Positions 52,585-62,953 of a DNA stretch of 64,000 bases are shown piece by piece; positions within the stretch are counted from its first letter, which is position 1; every line of letters starts with the position of its first letter. This DNA is from a virus (lineage: Duplodnaviria; Caudoviricetes). The stretch lies in the IMG/VR virus record IMGVR_UViG_3300049563_000052, positions 1 through 64,000 of that record; one strand, written 5' to 3'. The position numbers were made by a program, and so were the translations under genes. Under the pieces are notes generated by a model. That model was not told where the DNA came from and did not search any database. It saw nothing but the letters and a program-made list of their open reading frames with translations.

Positions 52585-53793
52585 ATGGCATTAACTCAGT
52601 CACAGTTTCGTGGGCGCAACGACGACGGATCACAAACGGCCGCGACGTGGAAGGCCGCCGTAAATACGAACTGGTCACAGCCGCTGGATGTAAACTTCCG
52701 ACTGCGGTTCACCATTGCATCTACAGCTATTCAGGCAACAGATTGGCAAGCGTTTTACAGTAAAAACGGTGGGGCCTGGACCGCGATCACGGGATCATCG
52801 TTGGTGGTCCGCACCGCGTTGTCTTCCCAGGTGGCGGAGGGTGAGGCGACAACCCAACAACTCAGTGCGGGGACATTCGTCGCGGGAACGGTTGACGAGA
52901 CCGATGGGTTCTACGCCTCCACGTCGCTGACGGCTACCTCGTCGACCGAGCTAGAGGGGGTCTACGTCCTTCGGTCGGCCGACTTGATCGCCGGTGACAC
53001 TGTCGGGATTCGAATTCAGCAAGGCAACTTCACCGCGCTTGGCACGTATACGGCTACGCCATCATTCACGGTTAGCGGTACGGGGCTCACGATCCGTGGC
53101 GAGGCCAGTAACGCAGTCAATACGGCGGGCGCGAATACCCCATCGGTATCGACCCCGGCGGGTACGCAGGTCGGCGACATTATCCTGTGTATTTGCGCTA
53201 ACGATTGGTTTACCGCGGCGACATTGCTGACCCCCACGGGTACCGCGGCCTCATCGTGGACGCTGCAACATACCTACGATGGTGGTTCCAACGCTAATCA
53301 CGTCAAGGTGTGGACCGCTCCGGCCATCGCCGCCGGTGCACAGACGGTGAACTACGCCTACGGCACGCCGGGCGACGGTAGCGAGGAACGCTATATCCAA
53401 ATCATCGTGTTTGATGCTAATGTGGCATTTGACGCCGCCGTATCCAGCACGATATCCGCGTCGACGGCATTTACCAGTCCGACCGTCAATGCAGCCGGTA
53501 TCGACGATGTACTCGTGGTGAATGTCGGTACCAATGGGGCCGCCGGGGTGAGCAACTTCACCATGGATGCAGCGTTGACGATTCTCACCGAGCGCGATGT
53601 CGGAACGTTCAGCACTCTTCGAAGTGGCTATCAGCAGTTGTCGGCGAGTGGGGCGACGGGTACTCGAACGAATACGTGCAGCGTGGCGCGGACCGGGCAT
53701 GCGCTGTCGGTGACGATGAAATCCGCGGCGCTGGTGTACGAGCCGCAACAGCCGCAGCCGTACACCGCGCGCCGTCGGGCGTCGCTCTGGTGA
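52585..53793 (+). CDS. Virion fibre-associated beta-sandwich protein, lower GC
   Basis: FRGRNDDG; Thr/Ser/Ala-rich. Confidence 0.65.
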   Translation: MALTQSQFRGRNDDGSQTAATWKAAVNTNWSQPLDVNFRLRFTIASTAIQATDWQAFYSKNGGAWTAITGSSLVVRTALSSQVAEGEATTQQLSAGTFVAGTVDETDGFYASTSLTATSSTELEGVYVLRSADLIAGDTVGIRIQQGNFTALGTYTATPSFTVSGTGLTIRGEASNAVNTAGANTPSVSTPAGTQVGDIILCICANDWFTAATLLTPTGTAASSWTLQHTYDGGSNANHVKVWTAPAIAAGAQTVNYAYGTPGDGSEERYIQIIVFDANVAFDAAVSSTISASTAFTSPTVNAAGIDDVLVVNVGTNGAAGVSNFTMDAALTILTERDVGTFSTLRSGYQQLSASGATGTRTNTCSVARTGHALSVTMKSAALVYEPQQPQPYTARRRASLW

Positions 53794-53806
53794 GGGGGAA
53801 GTTCCG

Positions 53807-54328
53807 GTGACTCTGTTCTGGGCCGCGAACGCGGCGATGCCGACCACCGCGGCCAACGCGCCCGCCGCGACCGTGTCCGGCTGCAAGACCTACCTCCAGA
53901 TCTCGACCCCGGCCACCCGCGGCATCGCGCTGGTCGCGTTCGGGGTGGAGTTCGCCGGGCTGCTCACCGTGGCGACCACAGTGGAGGCGGTGGACACCGC
54001 CGCGATCGGCGCCACCGCGCTGACCGCGCACGTCGCCGCCGGGGTGCAGCCCTACGGGATGCACGCGATCGGCGCCACCGCCCCGGTATCGGCGATGACG
54101 CTGGGCACCGGCAACACCGGCTACGCCCCGGGCACCGGCACCGAGGGCACGATCGTCGCCACCCGCACCGGCAAGCTGAAGATCCTGCCCGCGGGCGCAT
54201 CGAACTACGAGTGGGAGTGGAGCCAGGGCCGCGAGTTCTGGATCGGGCCGTCCCGGTTCCTGCGGCTCCGGCTCACCACCACCACCACCGCGCCCACCAT
54301 GAGCTGCTGGTTCCTCTGGGACGAGTGA
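53807..54328 (+). CDS. Virion structural protein
   Basis: Beta-rich; position in the module. Confidence 0.6.
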   Translation: MTLFWAANAAMPTTAANAPAATVSGCKTYLQISTPATRGIALVAFGVEFAGLLTVATTVEAVDTAAIGATALTAHVAAGVQPYGMHAIGATAPVSAMTLGTGNTGYAPGTGTEGTIVATRTGKLKILPAGASNYEWEWSQGREFWIGPSRFLRLRLTTTTTAPTMSCWFLWDE

Positions 54329-54340
54329 CGGGGACCTGCC

Positions 54341-57300
54341 GTGGCGCTGCTCGGGAGGGCCAGACCGCAGAACCGTCGCCTCACCGAGTCGACGGTCTGG
54401 CCCTACCAGCCGATTACCGGCGTCGGTTCCCGGTTCGCCAACACCGGCACTAACGGCACCACCCAGCTATCGGTGTCGCCGACCGCGGTTGGCGACCTGC
54501 TGGTCTTGGTGTCCGGCATCAACACGTCGGGGATCACCGTCTCGTCGGTGTCCGGCGGCGGGGTCAGCTCGTGGGCGCGGGCCGCCGGTCCGTTTCAGAT
54601 GACCACCGCCGCGACGCGCAACCTGGAGATCTGGTTTGGGCGGATCACCACCGCCGGAGCGGCCACGGTCACGATCACCCCGTCGGCGTCGATCTCCGGT
54701 ATCCGCTCCGACCTGATCGCGCAGCAGTTCCATTCACCGTCGGGTGTGTCGGCGGTGTGGGCGGTGGACGCCGGGCAGGGCGGGGGCCAGAACAACACGG
54801 GATCGTCGACGAGCATCGCGTTCCCGACGCTGACCCCGTCCACGAATGATCTTTACTTCGGGTACGGCGTCACCGGCACGAGCACGAGCGGCGCCACCGC
54901 CGGGTACACCTACCAGACCGACCCCAACTCGAACCCGATCATCTACAACGGCGGCGTTCTCGCGCCGCAATCGCCGACGGTCACGCAAACCTCCAGCAAC
55001 TCCGGGTCGATCGCCGTCCTGTTCCGGGACACCGCCCCCGATTTCACCGTCTACGACAAGACCGGCGGCTGCGGCGGCAGCTCCGGTCCGGGCGGCGCCA
55101 AGACGGTCGTCTCCCCGATCGGCGGCACGTTCATCGAGGACGTCAACGCGGTCGTCGGCACCACCACGACCACGACCGGAACCTTCGTCGCCGCCCCCAC
55201 CGACGGCGATCTTGCCTACTGCTACGCGGTGAACAAGCCGTCCACGGTCACCCCGCCCGCCCCGGCCGGATGGACCCAGATTTCCTCGGTCGTCGTCGGC
55301 ACCGGCACGGACGGGGTCGGCACCGGCCCGGTCCGGATCACCGTCTGGCATCAGGTCGTGGCCGGGACCTTCACGTCCCCGACCGTGACCAACCCGGCAG
55401 GCTCGGTGATCGCCGCCGGGATCGCCTACATCCGGCCGAACGCCGCGCTCGCCGGAACCACCGGCGTCGGCCACACCACCACCTCGGCGCAGGATCTCGT
55501 CGACGACGCCACCTGGTCGTTGACCGGTGGCGCCGACCTCGGGGTGATCGACAAGGATTTGGTGCTGACCGTCGACGGCTGGTCCAACAACATCGCCTCG
55601 GCCGCCTCCCTCGGGTCGCTGTCCGGTCCCGGGCTGACCGTCGGCAGCTCCTCAGAGCTGACCGATACCCAGCTGAACGTGGGCAACCGCGGCCAGATGG
55701 TGGCCAACCTGTTCTGGTCGATCACCGGCCAGTCCACCGGGGCGCAGACGCACGCGCAAACCCTGAACGCGGCGATGACGAACCGCACCGGCGGCACCCT
55801 GTTTGTGCGGATCCGGCCGCTCGGGCAGCCGCTCGCGGTCATCTACACCAAGACCGGCGGGTCGGGTGGGGCGGGCGCCCCGGGCGGCGTCGAGACGGTG
55901 CAGAACCCGGTCACCTCGACCAAGGCCGGGGCCGGGGTCGCGGTCGGGGCGCCGGGTGGGGCGAAGACCGTCGTGCGGGTCGCCACGCTGGTCGCCTCCT
56001 ACAAGGTGGAGGCCAACGCCGCCGACAACACCACCCTGACCACGCCCTCGTTCACCCCGGCCGCGGGGGAGCTGCTGGTGGTCAAGGCCGGTAACGGCGA
56101 CGTCCGCGGCACCTTCGCGGTCAACCCCACCGACACCCAAGACCTGGAGTGGACCCGGCAGCAGTCGTTCTTCTCCGGCACCAACCAGTCCGCGGCGCAG
56201 GTCAACACCGCCCGGGTGCGGACGGCGACGGCGATGACGGTGTCGCTGGCCATGTCCGGCAGCCCTTACTACCACTCGATGATCGTCGAGCGGTGGGCGT
56301 GGGGCGGGCTGCACCCGACCACCCCCTCCGTGGCCGTGCCGACCACCGGCACCGGCGCCCCGTCCGCGACCGTCACCACCGTCGGCACCGAATCGGCGAT
56401 CACATGGGTCAACGCGGACTGGGTACCGGCCAACCCGAGCTCCCGCGCCTACCGGTCCGGCGCGACCGAAGACGGACTCCAGTACACGGCGGGGATCATC
56501 GCCGTGTACTACGCGTGGCAGCGGGCCTCGGTGAACGGCGCACAGTCCATCGGGCTGACCGCACCCGGCGGGCAGACCTGGTCGATGGTCGGCGTCGAGC
56601 TGCTGACCAAGGTGTCCGCGACCCCGACCGCGACCGCGCCCGCGGACGTCACCGGCTGGGCGGTGAACACCGCGCTCGCGCTCACCGGCACCGACACCGA
56701 CCCGGACATCGACACCCGCCGCTGGTCGATCGTGTCCGGCCCGGTCGGGGCCGGGACCACGCTGGCCCGGGTCGCGGGACTGAGTTGGACGCCGACGGTC
56801 GCCGGTAGCTACGTGCTGCGGTACGAGGTCGCCAACTCCGGCGGCTCCGGCTTCGACGACATCGCCGTGCAGGTCGTCACGATCTTCGCCAAGGCCGGGG
56901 CGGGCGCCGGGGTGGGCGCCCCCGGCGGCGCGAAGGCCGTCACCACCAGCAAGGCGGGCGCCGGGGCGGGTGTCGGAGCACCGGGCGGCGCGAAGGTTCG
57001 CACTACCGCCACCACCACCAGCAAGACGGGCACCGCGGCGGGCGTCGGGGCACCCGGCGGGGCGAAGACCGTTCAGGGTGCGGTCACCACCGCGAAGGCG
57101 GGCACCGCGGCCGGGGTGGGTGCTCCCGGCGGGGCGAAGGTCCGCATCACGGCCACTACCACCGCGAAGACGGGGACCGCGGCGGGTGTCGGCGCGCCGG
57201 GCGGTGGCAAGGCCGTACAGAACCCGGTCACGACAGCCAAGGCCGGTACCGCGGCAGCTGCCGGGGCGCCGGGCGGTGTCAAGGCGCTGTTGACAGCCAC

Positions 57301-59143
57301 GACGACGGCGAAGACCGGTGCGGGTGCTGCGGTCGGCGCGCCCGGCGGGGCGAAGAGCGTCGTCTCTGGCGCGGCCATCGTCAAGACCGGTACCGCCGCC
57401 GCGGTGGCCGCTGCGGGCGGCGCCAAGGCCGTCCAGAACCCGATCACCACCAGCAAGGCCGGGACGGGTGCAGCGGTCGGGGCGCCCGGCGGCGCCAAGG
57501 TGCGCATCACTGCGACCACCTACACCAAGGCGGGCACGTCCGCGACGGCGGGCGCCCCTGGCGGCGTGAAGACGTTCGTCCCGGCCGGGGTGATCGTCAA
57601 GACGGGTGCGGGGGTTGCGGCGGGCGCACCGGGCGGGGCGAAGCTGGTCGTCTCGCTGTTCATCGTCAAGACCGGGACGGCGGTCGCGGTCGGGGCGCCG
57701 GGCGGGGTCAAGTCCCTCGCCGCGCCGGGCCAAGTCGTCAAGGCAGGTGCCGCCGCCGCACCGGGCGCACCGGGCGGCGCCAAGACGGTCACGCACCCGG
57801 CAACCCAGGCCAAGGCAGGTACGGCGGCGGCGGTCGGGGTGCCCGGCGGGAACCGTAGCGTCGACCGGGCCCGCACCGGAACCGCTGTGGCCGTGGCTGC
57901 GCCGGGCGGCACCAAACAGGTCGGCGGCGGCGCCACCGTCACCAAGGCGGGCACCGCGGCGGCCGTGGCCGCACCCGGCGGCGCGCAGACGGTCACGCAC
58001 CCGGCGACGGTGGTCAAAGCGGGCACCGGCGCGGCGGCCGGGGCGCCCTCGGGTGGGAAGTCGATCGCCGGGGCCGGGCAGGTCGTCAAGGCGGGCACCG
58101 CCGCGGCGGTGGGTGCGCCCGGCGGGGTCCGCACCCGGACGGCGCAGAAGACCGGTACCGCAGCAGCCGTCGCCGCCCCGGGTGGCGCCCGGACGGTCGC
58201 GGGGCCGGGGACGATCGTCAAGGCGGGGACGGCGGCAGCTGTCGCGGTGGGTGCCGGGACGGAAACGGTCGCGCACGCGGCGGTCGTGGTCAAGGCGGGC
58301 ACGGCTGCCGGGGCCGCCGCACCCGGTGGCGCCAAGACCGTTCAAACCCCCCAGCAGACGGTCAAGTCGGGTGCGGCGGCAGCGGCCGGAGCCCCGGGCG
58401 GGGCCCGCTCGCTTACCTCCCCTGGGCTCGTCGTCAAGTCGGGCGCCGGTGTTACCGCAGTCGTCGCGGGCGGCGGCCGGGTTCGGGTGTTGGGCCGCAC
58501 CGGCGCCGCGGTTGCGGTCGGGGCGCCGGGCGGCGCCAAGACCCTCTCCGGGGCCGGGGCGATCGTCAAGACCGGCAGCGGTGTCGCGGCCGGCGCACCG
58601 GGTGGGGCCCGCTCCGCGGTGCTCGTCAAGGCCGGGACCGCGGCCGTGGTGGTGGTGGCGCGGGGCGCCCGCGCCGGGGTGCTGAACAAGGCCGGGTCCG
58701 CCGTCGCGGCGGGTGTGGGATCCGGGCTCAAAATATTCGCCCCGCACACCGTGCACACCAAGACCGGGGCCGGGGTGTGCAGCGTGGTCGGGTCCGGGAC
58801 GCGGATCCGGTGGCTGCTGCGCACCGGCACCGCGGCCGGGCGCCCGGTGGTGTCCGGGTGGGCGTACGTCAACCCGCGCCGCAAGACCGGCGCTGCGGCA
58901 GCGCGGGGCGCCCCGGGCGGGCAGCTGACGCTGCACGAGTTCGTCCAGTTCGGCCGGGTGTCGGGCTGGGACCCGACCGGGCCTACCGCGGTCGGGGTGC
59001 TGATCGGCCTGCCGGGGGTGGTCGAGGCCCCGATCCGGGTTCCGGCGGTGGTCGGCGGCGCGTCGCCGCCGGGTTCGAGCGCCGTCGTCGACCACACTGG
59101 CGCTGTTGCGGATGTTGTCTTCTGGGATGGGAGTGACGGGTGA
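54341..59143 (+). CDS. 1600-aa fibre protein: beta domains, PKD-like domain, about 33 KxGxxxxxGAPGGxK repeats
   Basis: Repeats counted by eye; WSIVSGP..WTP.VAGSY.LR. Confidence 0.75.
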   Translation: MALLGRARPQNRRLTESTVWPYQPITGVGSRFANTGTNGTTQLSVSPTAVGDLLVLVSGINTSGITVSSVSGGGVSSWARAAGPFQMTTAATRNLEIWFGRITTAGAATVTITPSASISGIRSDLIAQQFHSPSGVSAVWAVDAGQGGGQNNTGSSTSIAFPTLTPSTNDLYFGYGVTGTSTSGATAGYTYQTDPNSNPIIYNGGVLAPQSPTVTQTSSNSGSIAVLFRDTAPDFTVYDKTGGCGGSSGPGGAKTVVSPIGGTFIEDVNAVVGTTTTTTGTFVAAPTDGDLAYCYAVNKPSTVTPPAPAGWTQISSVVVGTGTDGVGTGPVRITVWHQVVAGTFTSPTVTNPAGSVIAAGIAYIRPNAALAGTTGVGHTTTSAQDLVDDATWSLTGGADLGVIDKDLVLTVDGWSNNIASAASLGSLSGPGLTVGSSSELTDTQLNVGNRGQMVANLFWSITGQSTGAQTHAQTLNAAMTNRTGGTLFVRIRPLGQPLAVIYTKTGGSGGAGAPGGVETVQNPVTSTKAGAGVAVGAPGGAKTVVRVATLVASYKVEANAADNTTLTTPSFTPAAGELLVVKAGNGDVRGTFAVNPTDTQDLEWTRQQSFFSGTNQSAAQVNTARVRTATAMTVSLAMSGSPYYHSMIVERWAWGGLHPTTPSVAVPTTGTGAPSATVTTVGTESAITWVNADWVPANPSSRAYRSGATEDGLQYTAGIIAVYYAWQRASVNGAQSIGLTAPGGQTWSMVGVELLTKVSATPTATAPADVTGWAVNTALALTGTDTDPDIDTRRWSIVSGPVGAGTTLARVAGLSWTPTVAGSYVLRYEVANSGGSGFDDIAVQVVTIFAKAGAGAGVGAPGGAKAVTTSKAGAGAGVGAPGGAKVRTTATTTSKTGTAAGVGAPGGAKTVQGAVTTAKAGTAAGVGAPGGAKVRITATTTAKTGTAAGVGAPGGGKAVQNPVTTAKAGTAAAAGAPGGVKALLTATTTAKTGAGAAVGAPGGAKSVVSGAAIVKTGTAAAVAAAGGAKAVQNPITTSKAGTGAAVGAPGGAKVRITATTYTKAGTSATAGAPGGVKTFVPAGVIVKTGAGVAAGAPGGAKLVVSLFIVKTGTAVAVGAPGGVKSLAAPGQVVKAGAAAAPGAPGGAKTVTHPATQAKAGTAAAVGVPGGNRSVDRARTGTAVAVAAPGGTKQVGGGATVTKAGTAAAVAAPGGAQTVTHPATVVKAGTGAAAGAPSGGKSIAGAGQVVKAGTAAAVGAPGGVRTRTAQKTGTAAAVAAPGGARTVAGPGTIVKAGTAAAVAVGAGTETVAHAAVVVKAGTAAGAAAPGGAKTVQTPQQTVKSGAAAAAGAPGGARSLTSPGLVVKSGAGVTAVVAGGGRVRVLGRTGAAVAVGAPGGAKTLSGAGAIVKTGSGVAAGAPGGARSAVLVKAGTAAVVVVARGARAGVLNKAGSAVAAGVGSGLKIFAPHTVHTKTGAGVCSVVGSGTRIRWLLRTGTAAGRPVVSGWAYVNPRRKTGAAAARGAPGGQLTLHEFVQFGRVSGWDPTGPTAVGVLIGLPGVVEAPIRVPAVVGGASPPGSSAVVDHTGAVADVVFWDGSDG

Positions 59144-59961
59144 GCAGCGTCGGTGAGGTGGTGCGGCTGGGCGCGCACGTCACCGACGAGACCGGCAACG
59201 ACCTGAACGCGGTCGCCACGACGCTGACCGTGACCCGCCCGGACGACACCACGGTCACCGTGGACGTGCTCAACCCGCCCGCGCGCACCGGCTACTACAC
59301 GGTCGATTACGTGCCGACCCTGCCCGGCGGGCACGTGTGGCTGTGGACGTTCGATCAGCCCGCCGTGGTGTTGGAGGGCAGCTTCTACGTCTCGACGCCG
59401 GGCGTGGTCGGGCTGCTGTCGCTGGCCGAGGCCAAGAAGATCCTCAACATCACCGACACCCGCAACGACGACGCGATCTCCGCCACGGTGGTGCGGGCGA
59501 CGGAGCTGGCCGAAACCCAGATCCGGGAGCTGCTGGTGCGCCGCCCGGTGTCCGAGACCCGGGACCTGGGCTACACGTGGCGCAGCGGCCTGCCGCTGAC
59601 CTACCGGCCGGTGACCAAGGTGACGTTGGTCGAGCGGCTGAACGGCGACGCCTCCGTGATCGAGGCGGTCGCCCCGCCCACGGTGTGGGCCGACGAGTTC
59701 GGCATCCTGCGCTGCGCCCGCCCGGCGATGTTCACCGGACTGGTCCGGGTCTCGTACGTGGCCGGGCCCGCCGTGGTGAGCGAGGGCAAACGCGGCGCCG
59801 TGGAGTACTTGGTGCAACACCTGTGGACCAACCGCGGCGCCGCCATCCGGCCCCGAGTCGGCGGCGGCGACCTGAGCGCGTCGGACGACCCCACCTCCCG
59901 TGTCGCGCTGCCGCTGCGGGTCATCGAGCAGCTGGGCCCGCGCGGGCCGTTGGTCGGGTGA
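59140..59961 (+). CDS. Head-tail adaptor with extra N-terminal Ig-like domain
   Basis: LLSLAEAK..LNI..D..I; VRVSYVAG; HLW..R. Confidence 0.75.
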   Translation: MSSVGEVVRLGAHVTDETGNDLNAVATTLTVTRPDDTTVTVDVLNPPARTGYYTVDYVPTLPGGHVWLWTFDQPAVVLEGSFYVSTPGVVGLLSLAEAKKILNITDTRNDDAISATVVRATELAETQIRELLVRRPVSETRDLGYTWRSGLPLTYRPVTKVTLVERLNGDASVIEAVAPPTVWADEFGILRCARPAMFTGLVRVSYVAGPAVVSEGKRGAVEYLVQHLWTNRGAAIRPRVGGGDLSASDDPTSRVALPLRVIEQLGPRGPLVG

Positions 59962-59965
59962 GCGG

Positions 59966-60463
59966 ATGTCCCGCGCCTACCCGGCCATGCTGCGCCTGAT
60001 CGAGATCTGGGAGACGGCCATCGCCGACTCGGTGTACGCCGACAACCTGGACGTCTACTTGGGACCGCTGTACTCCGGCGACCCGGACGACGCGGTGTTC
60101 GTCGGCTACGACGGCGACCCCGGCGGCGAGTTCGAGATGGTCACCCACGTCCAGAACTGGGCGGCGCTCGGCCAACGCGCCCAACATGATCACTTCGATG
60201 TGCACTGCTGCATCCTCGCGATGGCCGGGGTCAGCGACGGCAAGGCGATGAGCGACGCCATGGCCCGGCTGTACGGGATCTGGCGCACGTTGACCGTGGC
60301 GCTCAAGGCGGACCCGTCGATGGGCATGGGTCCGGGGACGGCGGAGAACGCGCCGGTCTGGGTTACCGACGTGCGCAGTTTCACCAGCTATGTGCCCATC
60401 GACCCGGACCGCGGCGTGATGCCGCGGATCTCGTTCGACGTGCACGTGGAAACCAGGGTGTGA
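59966..60463 (+). CDS. Tail terminator/completion protein
   Basis: Position; L.ADPS.G. Confidence 0.6.
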   Translation: MSRAYPAMLRLIEIWETAIADSVYADNLDVYLGPLYSGDPDDAVFVGYDGDPGGEFEMVTHVQNWAALGQRAQHDHFDVHCCILAMAGVSDGKAMSDAMARLYGIWRTLTVALKADPSMGMGPGTAENAPVWVTDVRSFTSYVPIDPDRGVMPRISFDVHVETRV

Positions 60464-60476
60464 GGGAGAGGAAGCG

Positions 60477-60749
60477 ATGACGGTCACGCTGCGGAACCTC
60501 AGCGCGGACGACGTGACGCTGTGGGCTCCGGGGGGAGCGCCGGGCGCGTTCGCCGTCGCCGGGGACGACACGGTGGAGGTGCCCGGGGAGGTGCTGGGCG
60601 AGGGCGACGACTACGTCCTCATCGGCCCGGAGGGCACCACCTGGGACGAAGACGAAGACGTGCCCGGCGAGGTGCGGGCATGGCCCACGACGCTGTGGGC
60701 GGTCGAGAGCGGCGGCACGCCGCAGAAGGGTGGCGAGGACGATGCCTAG
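60477..60749 (+). CDS. Acidic hypothetical protein
   Basis: GAGGA RBS. Confidence 0.6.
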   Translation: MTVTLRNLSADDVTLWAPGGAPGAFAVAGDDTVEVPGEVLGEGDDYVLIGPEGTTWDEDEDVPGEVRAWPTTLWAVESGGTPQKGGEDDA

Positions 60750-61773
60750 CGGCGCAGGGCTCGACGCACAGCTAGGCGTCGGAGCCGAATCCACGTGGGG
60801 CACGTCGGTCACGCCGACGTTGTTTCTCGAGTTCCTGTCCGAGTCGATGTCGATGGACCCGACGTTCCTCGACAGCGCGGGCATCCGGGCCGGGCAGCGG
60901 TACAAGCGGGTCTCCCGGGTGATCCAGTCCCGCAAGGCGGTGTCCGGTGACTTCCAGATCGAATACGGCACCAAGAAAATGGGCCTGTTGTGGAAGCACG
61001 CGCTCGGCTCCGCGTTCACGACGCCGACCATCCTCGTGACGCCCGCCTACGAGCAGATCCACACCCCGGGGGACTTCCGCGGACTCGGCCTGACCGTGCA
61101 GATCGGCCGCCCGGAGCCGCAGACGGCGCTGGTGAAGCCGTTCACCTACTCCGGGTGCAAGTGCAGCGAGTGGGAGTTCCACGTCGAGGACGGGTCCATC
61201 CCGACGTTGCAGCTGACGTTGGACGGCCGCGACGAGAGCACCGCGACCGCGCTGACCGCGGCGTCCTACCCGGCCGGGGTCGGGATCTTCAGCTTCGCCA
61301 ATGCGCAGCTCAAGTTGGGCGGCACCGCGGCCACCGCCACCGGGAAGACCACCGTCACCGGCGGGGTGGCGGCCTCGACGATCGTGACCGCGATGACGGT
61401 GCACGGCACCACCCCGATGGCCACCGAACGGTACGGGCTGGGCAACGCGGGGCTGAAGGCGCAGCAGATCGAGAACGACATTCCGACGATCACCGGCAGC
61501 TTTGACGCCGAGTTCAACAAGGCCGAGCTCTACGACGCGTTCGCCGGGAACGTGACGCAGTGCGTGCAGATGTTGCTGACCGGCGCCACGATCGGCGCGT
61601 CCGGGTCGGTGGACACCCTGGAGATCACGCTGCCCGCGTGCAAGATGAAGTCGGCGAGCCCGCAGGTCGGCGGCCCGGACATCGTGAGTATGACCACCGA
61701 GTTTGAGGCGTACTACGACGAGGTCAACCCGCCGATCCAGGTCCGGGTCATCTCGTCCGACACAGCCCTGTGA
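60742..61773 (+). CDS. Major tail (tube) protein
   Basis: G.GAESTWGT.VTP..FLEF..ES; FTYSGCK. Confidence 0.8.
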   Translation: MPSGAGLDAQLGVGAESTWGTSVTPTLFLEFLSESMSMDPTFLDSAGIRAGQRYKRVSRVIQSRKAVSGDFQIEYGTKKMGLLWKHALGSAFTTPTILVTPAYEQIHTPGDFRGLGLTVQIGRPEPQTALVKPFTYSGCKCSEWEFHVEDGSIPTLQLTLDGRDESTATALTAASYPAGVGIFSFANAQLKLGGTAATATGKTTVTGGVAASTIVTAMTVHGTTPMATERYGLGNAGLKAQQIENDIPTITGSFDAEFNKAELYDAFAGNVTQCVQMLLTGATIGASGSVDTLEITLPACKMKSASPQVGGPDIVSMTTEFEAYYDEVNPPIQVRVISSDTAL

Positions 61774-61780
61774 CCCGGCC

Positions 61781-62299
61781 GTGCCACCGGTACCGCTGTT
61801 CGACATGCAGGTCGTGGGGGGCGACCAGTTCCGCCGCCTGGCCATCCGCATGAAGCAGGCCGGGCGTCGGGACCTGCTCGCGGAGCTGCGCAAGGAGTTC
61901 CGGGCGGCGTCCCGGCCGATGGTCGCCGACGTGCAGGCCGCCTACCGGACGCTGCCGGACATCTCCCCGGCGCACCGCACCGGGGAGCAGGCCCGCGCCA
62001 GCGTCGCCAAGGCGGTCCGGTTGAAGATCAGCGCAGCGGCGACCCGGGCCGGGGTCACGGTGATCGTCGACTCCAAGCGGCTGCCGCCCGACATGCGGTC
62101 GCTGCCGAAGGTGTGGGAGGCCGGGCACTGGCGGCACCCGGTGTACGCCCGCGGTGATCAGCCGCGCTCGGAGTGGAAGTGGGTCGAGCAGCGGTCCACC
62201 CCGCGACGGGTGTTCCGCCGCACCTGCGCCCGGCACGGACCGGACTTCCGCGCCGCCTGTCTGCGCGCCATGGACCAGATCCGCTTCCAGCTCAGCTAA
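61781..62299 (+). CDS. HK97-gp10-like tail completion protein
   Basis: Basic; WRHPVY..WV.Q. Confidence 0.6.
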   Translation: MPPVPLFDMQVVGGDQFRRLAIRMKQAGRRDLLAELRKEFRAASRPMVADVQAAYRTLPDISPAHRTGEQARASVAKAVRLKISAAATRAGVTVIVDSKRLPPDMRSLPKVWEAGHWRHPVYARGDQPRSEWKWVEQRSTPRRVFRRTCARHGPDFRAACLRAMDQIRFQLS

Positions 62300-62310
62300 G
62301 GAGCCCCACG

Positions 62311-62712
62311 ATGAAAGTCCGCCTCGGCGAAGGCGAATGGTACGACTTCCAAGGCGATCGACTGCTGGTCAAGGAGGCCCGCGAGCTGGAGCAGGCGACC
62401 GGCATGGGGTTGCAGGACTTCTCCGACGGCATCCGCCGCGGCAAGATCGACGCCCTCGTGTTCATGCTGTACCTCGCGCAGCGCCGGGCCGGGGTCGCGT
62501 GCCGGTTCCGCGACTTCGACGAGACGAACATCGCCGATCTCCAGATCGAAGACGACGAAGACACCGCCGCGCCCGCCGAGCCCGGCCCGGAGCCGGACGT
62601 GTCGCCGCTGGCCGCGGCCCGGGACGGCCGCCCCCCGGCCGAGCCGCCACCGCCTACGCCGATCACCCGCGCCGCCCGGCCCCGGAAGAAGGGGGGCAAG
62701 GCGACTGGCTAG
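62311..62712 (+). CDS. Tail assembly chaperone (G)
   Basis: AAGGAG RBS; just before the tape measure gene. Confidence 0.75.
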   Translation: MKVRLGEGEWYDFQGDRLLVKEARELEQATGMGLQDFSDGIRRGKIDALVFMLYLAQRRAGVACRFRDFDETNIADLQIEDDEDTAAPAEPGPEPDVSPLAAARDGRPPAEPPPPTPITRAARPRKKGGKATG

Positions 62713-62936
62713 ACCGGGAGGTCCGGCGGGCGTTCGCGCCGTGGGCGCGCCCGGCGCAGCGCATCGCCCGGTACTCCATCACGATCGCCTACCGGTTCCA
62801 CTTCGACCCGCGCGTCATCGACGAATGGACGCTGACCGAGTTCGACGGCTTCGCCCGCCAGTGTGATCAGTTCGACGAGCAGGAACGCAAGCAAGAACGC
62901 GAGACCAAGGCAATGCGCCGCCGCCCCCACCGGTGA
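62691..62936 (+). CDS. -1 frameshift extension of the chaperone (G-T)
   Basis: Slippery G-GGG-GGC at 62691-62697; -1 frame open, with FHFDP..IDEWTL.EF. Confidence 0.65.
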   Translation, partial: GGQGDWLDREVRRAFAPWARPAQRIARYSITIAYRFHFDPRVIDEWTLTEFDGFARQCDQFDEQERKQERETKAMRRRPHR

Positions 62937-62953
62937 GCACGAGGGGGTGAGCG

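Noticed and set aside
56880-58930. Collagen-like repeat or DGR variable region
   Set aside because: The repeat is not Gly-X-Y; no reverse transcriptase or adenine-specific TR/VR pair was seen
62744-62762. Extra copy of the 19-bp palindrome
   Set aside because: Partial match inside coding sequence; expected by chance at this GC content
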